Positions 48,866-57,100 of a stretch of 64,000 nucleotides of DNA are shown piece by piece. Origin of the DNA: Candidatus Aminicenantes bacterium (GTDB lineage: Bacteria; Acidobacteriota; Aminicenantia; UBA2199); NCBI GenBank assembly GCA_018262835.1, contig JADFDP010000004.1, forward strand, positions 9,808-73,807, given 5' to 3'. Numbering within the stretch: the stretch's first letter is position 1; each line of letters opens with the position of its first letter. The notes beneath the pieces are model-generated. The model searched no databases. It saw nothing but the letters and a program-made list of their open reading frames with translations, and was not told the origin of the DNA. The position numbers were made by a program, and so were the translations under genes.

Positions 48866-50365
48866 TCAGCCGGCAATGCTGACGCTGGCCTTCTTGACCG
48901 GGAACTTGTTCTTGAAAATGGTCGAGAACGAAAGAAAGGAGATGTACAGGTATCCGTATTGGAACATCAGGAGGAAGGGCAGGGTGAGCCAGATTCCCTC
49001 GCTGATACAGGTGATCACGGCGAAGGTGAAGTATATGCCGAGGGTAAATTCGACCACGGTGATCAGGAGGTTCTTGTTTCCCTTGTATTTCTTGGATGCC
49101 CAGTTGTCGTTCTTCTTCTCGATACCGAACTTGGGCGTGCGCACGAATTCCGATTCCTTGTTCATCAGGGCCTCCACGACGGCAAAGGAGTTGTTCACCG
49201 ACAGGCCAATGCCCAGGCCCATGAGCAGGGGCAGGTATTTGAACGTTTTGGTCCAATTGGAATAGAGTTCCTTCTGCGAAACAATATAGAAAGCCCCGAC
49301 CGAAGCCGTGGCCATGAGAAAGAGGGGGACGTCGTAAATGAACATCTGCCCCCAATCCATGTCCCGGCGCATCAGGACCACAGGCAGGATGGAAACCGAC
49401 AGCGGCACCATCAACAGGTAGGCAAAATTGGCCGCCAGGTGAAAAAATGCTTCTATCTTCACATCCAGCGGCAGCTTGGCCCGGAAGATCTTGGGCAGGA
49501 GCTTCTTGGCTGTCTGGATCGATCCCTTGGCCCAGCGGTGCTGCTGAGCTTTGAAAGCCACCACGTCCGCGGGCAGCTCGGCCGGGACCGAGTGGTCGGG
49601 AAGATAAATGAACTGCCAGCCCTTCATCTGGGCGCGATAGCTCAGGTCCAGGTCCTCGGTCAGGGTATCGTGCTGCCAGCCGCCGCCGGCGATGATGGCG
49701 GTCTTGCGCCAGATGCCGGCCGTACCGTTGAAATTAAAAAAACGCCCGGAACGGTTGCGGGCCGTGTGCTCGATCACGAAGTGGCCGTCCAGGAAGATCG
49801 ATTGCAGGTTGGTGATCAGTGAAAAATTGCGGTTCAAATGGCTCCAGCGCATCTGCACCATGCCGACATTGGCCGCGGTGAAAAAATGGATGGTGTTCTC
49901 CAAGAAATGCTTATGGGGAATGAAGTCGGCGTCAAAGACGGCGATGAACTCGCCTTTGGCCACCTTCATGCCTTCTTCCAGGGCGCCGGCTTTGTAACCC
50001 CTGCGATTCTGGCGGTGCAAATAGGTGATATCCAGGCCCTGCGCCTTGTAGTGCTCGACGCAGCGCGATGCGATGGATACGGTCTCGTCGGTGGAATCGT
50101 CCAGAACCTGGATCTCCAGCAGGTCTTTGGGATAGTCCATTTTCACGACCGCGTCGATCAGGCGCTTGGCCACATACATTTCGTTGTACATGGGCAGCTG
50201 GATGGTCACCCGCGGAAGTTCCTCGAAACGGCCCTCGGGCTTGCGTACGGCTTTCTTGTTTTTATAATACAAATAGACCATGAAATATCGGTGCGCGCCG
50301 AAAACAGCCAGGATCGAAAGCACCACAAAATAAAGCACGACTACAAATTCGTTTAGGTTTTCCAT
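48866..50365 (-). CDS. family-2 processive beta-glycosyltransferase (cellulose-synthase-like, membrane-integrated)
   Basis: DDSTDET, FDADF, TEDLDLS and QQHRWAKG (QxxRW), with an N-terminal and several C-terminal TM helices. Confidence 0.85.
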   Translation of the reverse strand: MENLNEFVVVLYFVVLSILAVFGAHRYFMVYLYYKNKKAVRKPEGRFEELPRVTIQLPMYNEMYVAKRLIDAVVKMDYPKDLLEIQVLDDSTDETVSIASRCVEHYKAQGLDITYLHRQNRRGYKAGALEEGMKVAKGEFIAVFDADFIPHKHFLENTIHFFTAANVGMVQMRWSHLNRNFSLITNLQSIFLDGHFVIEHTARNRSGRFFNFNGTAGIWRKTAIIAGGGWQHDTLTEDLDLSYRAQMKGWQFIYLPDHSVPAELPADVVAFKAQQHRWAKGSIQTAKKLLPKIFRAKLPLDVKIEAFFHLAANFAYLLMVPLSVSILPVVLMRRDMDWGQMFIYDVPLFLMATASVGAFYIVSQKELYSNWTKTFKYLPLLMGLGIGLSVNNSFAVVEALMNKESEFVRTPKFGIEKKNDNWASKKYKGNKNLLITVVEFTLGIYFTFAVITCISEGIWLTLPFLLMFQYGYLYISFLSFSTIFKNKFPVKKASVSIAG

Positions 50366-50397
50366 TAACTCCCCACTAGGTCACAACCGAAGTAGGA

Positions 50398-50426
50398 ATT
50401 ATACAACAAATTTTCGCTTAATTCAA
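50398..50426 (-). promoter_or_regulatory. promoter TTGAAT-17-TATAAT for the GT2 gene
   Basis: The minus strand reads ttgaat-taagcgaaaatttgttg-tataat. The leader carries GGGGAG before ATG 50365. Confidence 0.5.
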
Positions 50427-50452
50427 GTAGCCTGGAGCAAGAAGAAAGAAAA

Positions 50453-50527
50453 TCGGGGTGAGAGGATTTGAACCTCCGGCCTTTCCGACCCGAACGGAAC
50501 GCGCTAGCCAGTCTGCGCTACACCCCG
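50453..50527 (-). tRNA. tRNA-Pro (anticodon CGG)
   Basis: The reverse complement folds as acceptor CGGGGTG/CACCCCG, anticodon stem TTCCG/CGGAA, loop TTCGGGT, T-loop TTCAAAT. No encoded CCA. Confidence 0.9.
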
Positions 50528-50670
50528 GAACTTGATAGATTTCATTGTATCACAAAAAAGAAATTTGCGAAATCCCCCTGAATGAGACACGGCCCTCACT
50601 TGGGGCACGCTCCCCTGAACTTTGCTTTTGGCGCCCATTAAAGATATAATTAAATTTCCGGGGGTGCTTC

Positions 50671-52191
50671 ATGAAGCGGGCATTGATCAGCGTCTATCAT
50701 AAAGAAGGGATCGAAAAAATCGCTGCGGCATTGGTTGCGGCGGGCTGGGAGATCATTTCCACCGGCGGAACTGCCGCCCACCTGAAGGAAAGACGCATTC
50801 CGGTGATCGAGGTTTCACAGATCACGAATTTCCCGGAAATTCTTGACGGCCGGGTGAAAACCCTGCACCCGCTCATATTCGGGCCGGTTCTGGCCAAAAA
50901 AACACCCGAACATCTGCGGCAGTTGAAGGAATTCCGGACAGCCAAGATCGACCTGGTGATTATCAATTTCTATCCCTTTGAAGAAGCCCTCCAGAAAAAA
51001 TCCGCCGATCTGAATGCCATGCTGGAAAACATCGATATCGGCGGCCCGGCCCTGGTTCGCGCCGCCGCCAAAAATTTTCGCGATACCATCGTGCTGATCG
51101 ATGAAAAGGACTACGCGCCGGTCATTGCCGCGGTGGAGAGCAACGGCGAAATCCCAATGGAATCGCGGAAACGACTGGCGCAAAAAGCCTTTTCCTATAC
51201 CTCATTTTATGACTCGTTGATCGCGGCCTATCTGAATTCCGGCGCGACCGGGCACCCCGATTTCATGACCATCGGCGGCCGCAGGGTGCAATCGCTGCGC
51301 TACGGCGAAAATCCCCATCAATCGGCTTTTATGGCCATTGCTGACCGCCGTTCGCCGTTTTTTGCCATCGACCAGCTGCACGGCAAGGAATTGTCATTCA
51401 ACAATATCCTCGACCTGGCCATGGTTTATGAGCTTCTGAACGAATTCCAGGGAAAAAAGCATTTCGCAACCATCGTCAAGCACCAGAATCCCTGCGGCGC
51501 CTCCCTGGCCGCGGCCCAGCTGCCCGCCTTCCAGAACGCCTTCGCGGGTGATCCCCGCTCGGCTTACGGCGGCATCGTCGGCTTCAACCACCGCCTCGAG
51601 GCCGAAACCGCTGCCGCCATGGCCGAGATCTTTTTCGAGGTCATCCTCGCCCCTGATTTCACGGAAGAGGCCTTGAAGACCCTGCGCAAGAAAAAAAACC
51701 TGCGCTTGATCCGCATGCCTGCCGGTTACGTGGAAAATGCCGATTTTAAAACCATCCCCGGGGGTTTTGTCCATCAAAGCCGCGACAACCTGGCCTTTGA
51801 CGTGGAGTCCTGCGAACGCAAAGCCGGCAAACCCTTGAATAAAAAAGAAAAAGCCGATGTGGAGTTCGGCTGGAAGATCATCAAGTTCGTAAAATCGAAC
51901 GGCATTATCGTGGTCAAGAACCTTCAACTCATTGGCGTAGGAGCCGGCCAGGCCAGCCGCATCGACTCCGTGGAGCTGGCCATCGGCAAAAGCCAGTCGC
52001 CGCTTGCCGGGGCAGTGCTCCTCTCCGACGCTTTCTTTCCCTTCGCCGACTCAGTCGAGCTGGCCGCCAAGCACAAGATAGCCGTGGTGGTCGAGACCGG
52101 CGGCTCGGTCCGCGATCCCGAAGTGATCCTGACCGCGCAAAAGCTCGGCGTCCGCCTGCTGTTCACCGGCATCCGCCATTTCCGGCACTGA
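50671..52191 (+). CDS. purH: bifunctional AICAR transformylase / IMP cyclohydrolase
   Basis: MKRALISVYHKEGI..., ISTGGTA, ILDGRVKTLHP, C-terminal ...FTGIRHFRH. Confidence 0.96.
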   Translation: MKRALISVYHKEGIEKIAAALVAAGWEIISTGGTAAHLKERRIPVIEVSQITNFPEILDGRVKTLHPLIFGPVLAKKTPEHLRQLKEFRTAKIDLVIINFYPFEEALQKKSADLNAMLENIDIGGPALVRAAAKNFRDTIVLIDEKDYAPVIAAVESNGEIPMESRKRLAQKAFSYTSFYDSLIAAYLNSGATGHPDFMTIGGRRVQSLRYGENPHQSAFMAIADRRSPFFAIDQLHGKELSFNNILDLAMVYELLNEFQGKKHFATIVKHQNPCGASLAAAQLPAFQNAFAGDPRSAYGGIVGFNHRLEAETAAAMAEIFFEVILAPDFTEEALKTLRKKKNLRLIRMPAGYVENADFKTIPGGFVHQSRDNLAFDVESCERKAGKPLNKKEKADVEFGWKIIKFVKSNGIIVVKNLQLIGVGAGQASRIDSVELAIGKSQSPLAGAVLLSDAFFPFADSVELAAKHKIAVVVETGGSVRDPEVILTAQKLGVRLLFTGIRHFRH

Positions 52192-52238
52192 ATCGTCGCC
52201 GGGCAAGCAGGTTCGATCAGGATACACACGAGTTTTCG

Positions 52239-52267
52239 TTGACAAAAAGCCCAGGTTCCGGTATTTT
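52239..52267 (+). promoter_or_regulatory. promoter TTGACA-17-TATTTT, 6 nt from the ATG of the GT2 gene (leaderless geometry)
   Basis: Hexamers at 52239-52244 and 52262-52267. ATG is at 52274. Confidence 0.45.
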
Positions 52268-52273
52268 CCTTTC

Positions 52274-53062
52274 ATGGAACCACGCGATGCAGGCATAAGG
52301 ATCTCGGCAGTCATTATTACCTACAATGAAGAAGAGCGCCTGCCCGCAGCCCTGGACAGCGTGCGCGGAGTGGCCGATGAGATCGTGGTGGTCGATTCCC
52401 ATTCGACCGACCGTACGGTGGTGATCGCCAGGGAGGCCCAGGCCACCGTTTATCTAAACCGCTTCGAGGATTACGGCCAGCAGAAAAATTTTGCCTTGCA
52501 GAAAGCCGGCCATGAGTGGGTGCTTAATCTGGACGCGGATGAAAGGGTATCGCCCGAACTGCACAGCGCGATCATGGAACTGAAGGAAAAGAAACCGCCG
52601 GGAAACATTGCCGCGTTCGCCATCAAAAGAAAGGCCTTTTATTTGGGGCGCTGGATTCGCCATTCGGGATGGTATCCGGACCGCAAGATCCGGCTTTTTA
52701 AAAAAAGCGCCGCGACATGGCAGGGCCGGATCCACGAAAGGCTGCAGGTAAACGGCGATATTGCCCCCTTGCCCGGCGATATCCTGCACTTCACCTACCG
52801 CGACATCAGCGACCACGTCCGCCGCCTGAACCGCTATTCCACTTTCCTGGCCGAAGAGATCATCCGGCAAAAGAAAAAATGCCTGGTCCTGCGCCTGCTC
52901 CTTCTGCCGCCGGTGACTTTCTTCAGGCATTATATCTGGAGGCTGGGATTTCTTGACGGATTCGCCGGCCTGGTCATCGCCACGGTCTCTTCCTGGGGAA
53001 CCGCCATGAAATATTTCAAAGCCATGGCCAGCCAGCGATCGCCTCAGGGCCGAAGGAATTGA
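52274..53062 (+). CDS. family-2 glycosyltransferase (LPS-core/KdtX-like)
   Basis: ISAVIITYNEEERL, VVVDSHSTDRT, LNLDADERV. Confidence 0.82.
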   Translation: MEPRDAGIRISAVIITYNEEERLPAALDSVRGVADEIVVVDSHSTDRTVVIAREAQATVYLNRFEDYGQQKNFALQKAGHEWVLNLDADERVSPELHSAIMELKEKKPPGNIAAFAIKRKAFYLGRWIRHSGWYPDRKIRLFKKSAATWQGRIHERLQVNGDIAPLPGDILHFTYRDISDHVRRLNRYSTFLAEEIIRQKKKCLVLRLLLLPPVTFFRHYIWRLGFLDGFAGLVIATVSSWGTAMKYFKAMASQRSPQGRRN

Positions 53063-53087
53063 TAAACCCGCTGCTTTGCGATATAAT
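53059..53087 (+). promoter_or_regulatory. promoter TTGATA-17-TATAAT, 6 nt from the ATG of the DUF2892 gene (leaderless geometry)
   Basis: Hexamers at 53059-53064 (overlapping the GT2 stop) and 53082-53087. ATG is at 53094. Confidence 0.55.
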
Positions 53088-53093
53088 GAGCGT

Positions 53094-53315
53094 ATGACCC
53101 AAACCCCCAAATGCAACACCAACCAGACGGCCAAGTGGATCCGCGTCATCGTTTCGCTCGGCGTCATCGGCGCCGGCATCTACTATAAAAACTGGATCGG
53201 CCTGCTGGGCATCATTACCCTGCTCAGCGCCTTCACCGGCTCCTGCCCCCTCTCCCTGCAATTCAGGGGCTTGCACGACATCAAGATCAAACGCAGCGAT
53301 TCAAACGAAGAATAA
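53094..53315 (+). CDS. DUF2892 (YgaP-like) small membrane protein
   Basis: ORF 53076..53315, trimmed to MTQTPKC. ...LLSAFTGSCPLS... is the family signature. Confidence 0.7.
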   Translation: MTQTPKCNTNQTAKWIRVIVSLGVIGAGIYYKNWIGLLGIITLLSAFTGSCPLSLQFRGLHDIKIKRSDSNEE

Positions 53316-53362
53316 CTCTCGGTATTTTCCCTCAGCCGGCAGGCAGTAGAAGCATCGGGCAC

Positions 53363-53391
53363 TTGACATGATTAACGAAAAGTGCTATTAT
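53363..53391 (+). promoter_or_regulatory. promoter TTGACA-17-TATTAT for the lytic transglycosylase gene
   Basis: Hexamers at 53363-53368 and 53386-53391. The leader carries GAGGA before ATG 53423. Confidence 0.5.
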
Positions 53392-53422
53392 TCATTCACT
53401 TCAATAAATTCCGAGGAAAAAA

Positions 53423-54031
53423 ATGAATCCCCCCAAAAAAACACATGGTAGTTTAATGTTTTTAGTTGTTTTATCAGGTATTTCCCTGTTAAGCGCTATA
53501 ATATTGGCGGCCAGGCAAGTCGATAGCCAGAAAACCATTCTATCGCTGCAAAAAACCGTTATTACACTTAATAATAAGATCAACATCCACCAGAAAGCCA
53601 TGGCCAAAACCGATTTTTACCGTTTCCAAGAGAACATTTACCGATTGCAAACGCCGGAATTTGCCAAAATCACGAATTCGGTGTTCAACCTGAGCCGAAA
53701 ACACGGGTTCAACCCCTATCTGGTCATGGCCGTGATTTTCGTGGAAAGCCGCTTCAACCGCCGCGCCGTCTCCAGGGCCGGCGCTTACGGCCTGATGCAG
53801 GTGAACTATTCGGTCTGGAAGGACGAACTGAGCATCGACCGCAAAAGGCTCACCCAGGTCGATTACAACATCGAGCTCGGGCTCACCATCCTGAAGAACT
53901 ATTTGCTGGAAACAGGGGGCGATATCATAAAAGCCCTGATCCTGTACAACAACGGCTACAAGAACGCCAACAACAGCTACCACGAAAAAGTCATCGCCAC
54001 CAATTTTTACAAACACGCCAAGATCGGCTGA
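53423..54031 (+). CDS. SLT-domain lytic transglycosylase (membrane-anchored)
   Basis: VMAVIFVESRFNRRAVSRAGAYGLMQVNYSVW (catalytic Glu-Ser and GLMQ motifs). N-terminal TM segment. Confidence 0.85.
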   Translation: MNPPKKTHGSLMFLVVLSGISLLSAIILAARQVDSQKTILSLQKTVITLNNKINIHQKAMAKTDFYRFQENIYRLQTPEFAKITNSVFNLSRKHGFNPYLVMAVIFVESRFNRRAVSRAGAYGLMQVNYSVWKDELSIDRKRLTQVDYNIELGLTILKNYLLETGGDIIKALILYNNGYKNANNSYHEKVIATNFYKHAKIG

Positions 54032-54185
54032 GTTCTTCGGGGGGATCGCCTCCGGGGGATTGTAAAAAAATTCCGTCTCCATCATAATCCGGCCATGGGG
54101 GGCAGATTCCGGGGAACCCATCCAGCCAATTCCCGAGCACAAGCCGTCTAACTGGATTTGCCGGCCCAAACCAAAGGAGGCGAGC

Positions 54186-57100
54186 ATGAAAATATTCTTG
54201 GCGATATGGACGGTCACCTTGACGATAATCCTGGCTACGGCTCTGACCGGTGGTCCGCAAAAAGACGACCTGAAAGTTATCTACAACCTTTCCGGCGTTT
54301 TGGCTAACCTTGAAAACAAGGAACTGGCCGTCACCTTTTCAGACGACATGCTCCCCTTGGGTGGAAAAAGGGATGGCAGCGCCATCGTCAAGATCATTCC
54401 GGCGGTAAAGGGCGAGTTCGCCTGGCGCGGCAACCGCACCCTGGCCTTCAAGCCCGATCCCCGCTTCCGTTATTCCACCACCTACACGGCCGAAATCCAG
54501 GCCGGGACGCGATCGCTCGCGGGAAAGGTCCTGTTGCGGGCCATACGCTGGCAGTGGAGCACGCCCCAGGCCTATCCCATCGAGGTCAAAACATCCGCCC
54601 AGGAATATTTTTCGCAGCTGGCCCGCGGGCAAAAACTGGGTTTCCAGGTCTGGGTGAAGGACTCCCTGACCTTGCGCTTCAACCAGCCCGTTGCATCGAC
54701 AAGCGCCGAAAATTTCATCGTCATGAAAGAGGCGAAAAGCGGGGCCAGGGCCCAGGTCCGCCTGACCCGGAAAGGCAGCGACGCAATCGAGGCCCGTTGG
54801 GTCAAGGACCTGAAACGGGGGACCCTGTACGAGTTCATCGTGAAAAAAGGGTTCTGCGGCAGCGAAGGGAGCACCGGGACGGAAAAAGATTTCAGCTTCA
54901 CATTCGCCACCGTGCCGGCATTTCAATATACAGGCAAACAGGAGCTGACCCTTTTCCCCGATTCGCCATATTGCTGGCTGCCCTTCTCCAACTCTTTGGC
55001 CGAATTCGACCGGGGCCTCATCAAGGTATTCAAGATCGCCGGGATAGAAAAGATTCCCCTGAAGTTCAACGTCGAAACACGCTATTATGAAAACAACTCC
55101 CTGCTGCTTCAGGTTGAGGATGAACTGGCCTCGGGCGATCGCCTAAGTATAAGGGTCGACCGGAACTTGACCAACACCTACAAGGAGCGGCTCCCCGAGA
55201 ACCTTGAACTTGAGGCCAATGTCTGCTCCAGCCGCTCCCCGCGCCTCGGCTTTTCCATTCAGGATAATAAATTGTCCATGACCGCCCACAGCATGAAGCA
55301 GGCCAGCGTCCGCTTGCTCAAGCTCAAGCCCGAATTTTATGCCCAGCTGACGAACCGGGAATTCGGCATGCTGCAGCAAAAGGACTTCAAGGCTGACTTC
55401 ATCGAGAAGGAGATCCGGCAAAATTTCACAGAACTGCCGGAGAGGTTGAACCACCCCGCATTGCGGGATCAAGAACTGGGATCGCCCCTGGGCTTTTTCG
55501 CAATCCTGGTCCAGCGCTATGAACCCTACAACTCCTGCCGGGACATCGGCCTGATGCGCTTGCCTGCCTCCATGCCCCAGGACCTGCAGGTCTTTCACCG
55601 CCGCAACATGGACATGGTCATCAAGGCCGGCCATGGACAGACGCTGTACTGGCTGTACGACAACCGCAGCGGCAAGGGGCTGGGAAAGATCCCATTCCTT
55701 CTCAAGGGATACGCGAAAGAAACGCTGTCCCTGGGTGAATCGGCGGGCAACGGCGTGCTGCTCAGCGACCGGGAGATCCAGGAATCCGACCTGGCCGTGG
55801 CCAAAAATCCGGACGATGGCGACATGGCACTGGCCAGGATCGACCGCCGGCCCGCATCCGACCGGGAGGTCAGGATCATCGTGTTCAGCGAGCGCGATTT
55901 TTACAAGCCCGGCGACACGGTCCATATCGGCGGCATCGTCAAGGAATATGCCTCCGGGAAAGTCTCTTCACCGAAAGCGACATCGGCTTCCCTGGAGATC
56001 ATGGGGCCGGATTGGCAGAAGGTGAAAGGCGACGCGCTGAAGCTCGATCGCCTGGGCGGCTTTCATTACGAATACAAGTCCGATCCGGCCGGCAAGAAGG
56101 GACGCTACCAGATCCTGGTCAAGGTCGCCGATGAGCAAACCTGGCAAGGCCAGGATAGCATTACCATCGATTACTACCAGCCGAACACCCTGGAAATGAA
56201 GATATCCGGCATGGCGGAGCATTACCTTCCGGAAGACACATTCCGCCCTGTTGTCAGCGGCTCTTACCTGGCGGGCAATCCCATGGCTGGCGATGAATTC
56301 AGCTCTGTGCTCGGGCTGCATCCGGCCCATTCCAAAGTATTCACCGCCAATGGACTGGAACGATACAGTTTCGACCTCGACCGCGACCTGGCAAAGAGCG
56401 ACCCGACATGGAAAGGAAGCAATAAGCTGGATGCCAACGGCAAGTGCACCCTGGGCATCTCCATGAGCCAATTTAAAGAAACCAATTTCCTGGCCGGTCT
56501 CGGTTTTTATGCGACAGGGAAATCAACTGAGGGCAAGGAATTCACGGCCCGCGCCCAATCACTGTTTTTTCCGGGAAAGCTCCTGACCGGCATTCGCGTC
56601 GGCTATTACCAGAACCTTAAAGATCAGGTCAACGCCGAGCTGGCCCTGGTCGATTTCCAGGGAAAGCCTGCTTCCAGTGAGGCCCGCGTTACACTCTATA
56701 TGGAATATTATGAAAGTTCCCGGCGCAAGCTGAAAAAAATTTCCGGTCCTGTTGATGTTTACATAGAAAAGACCAAGACCCACTCTTTCCGCGTTCTTGA
56801 AGCTGGCCATTATATCCTGCGCTGCGACACTCCCGACGTGAACAGCCACGTGGTTTCGACCTCTGCCAGTTTCTTTGCCTGGGACAGCGGCTACTCCGAG
56901 AGGACCGACAAGCTGCGGATCGAATCCAATCAACATGTTCTGCGTGGCGGCGAGACGCTGAAGTGCTTCATCCATTCCACCCGGGAAGGTCAGGCGCTGG
57001 TGACCGTCGAAAGGGAGAAGGTGCTCGATTCCCGTGTCATCCCGCTGCAGAAGATGACGCCGCTGGATATCCCGGTCAAGAAAGAATATTTCCCGGCCAT

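Noticed and set aside
50528-50670. Possible ZTP (pfl) riboswitch in the purH 5' region
   Set aside because: ZTP riboswitches often precede purH, but neither the GGGUCGUGACUGGCG-type 5' subdomain nor the CCGCCUGGGC 3' subdomain is present.
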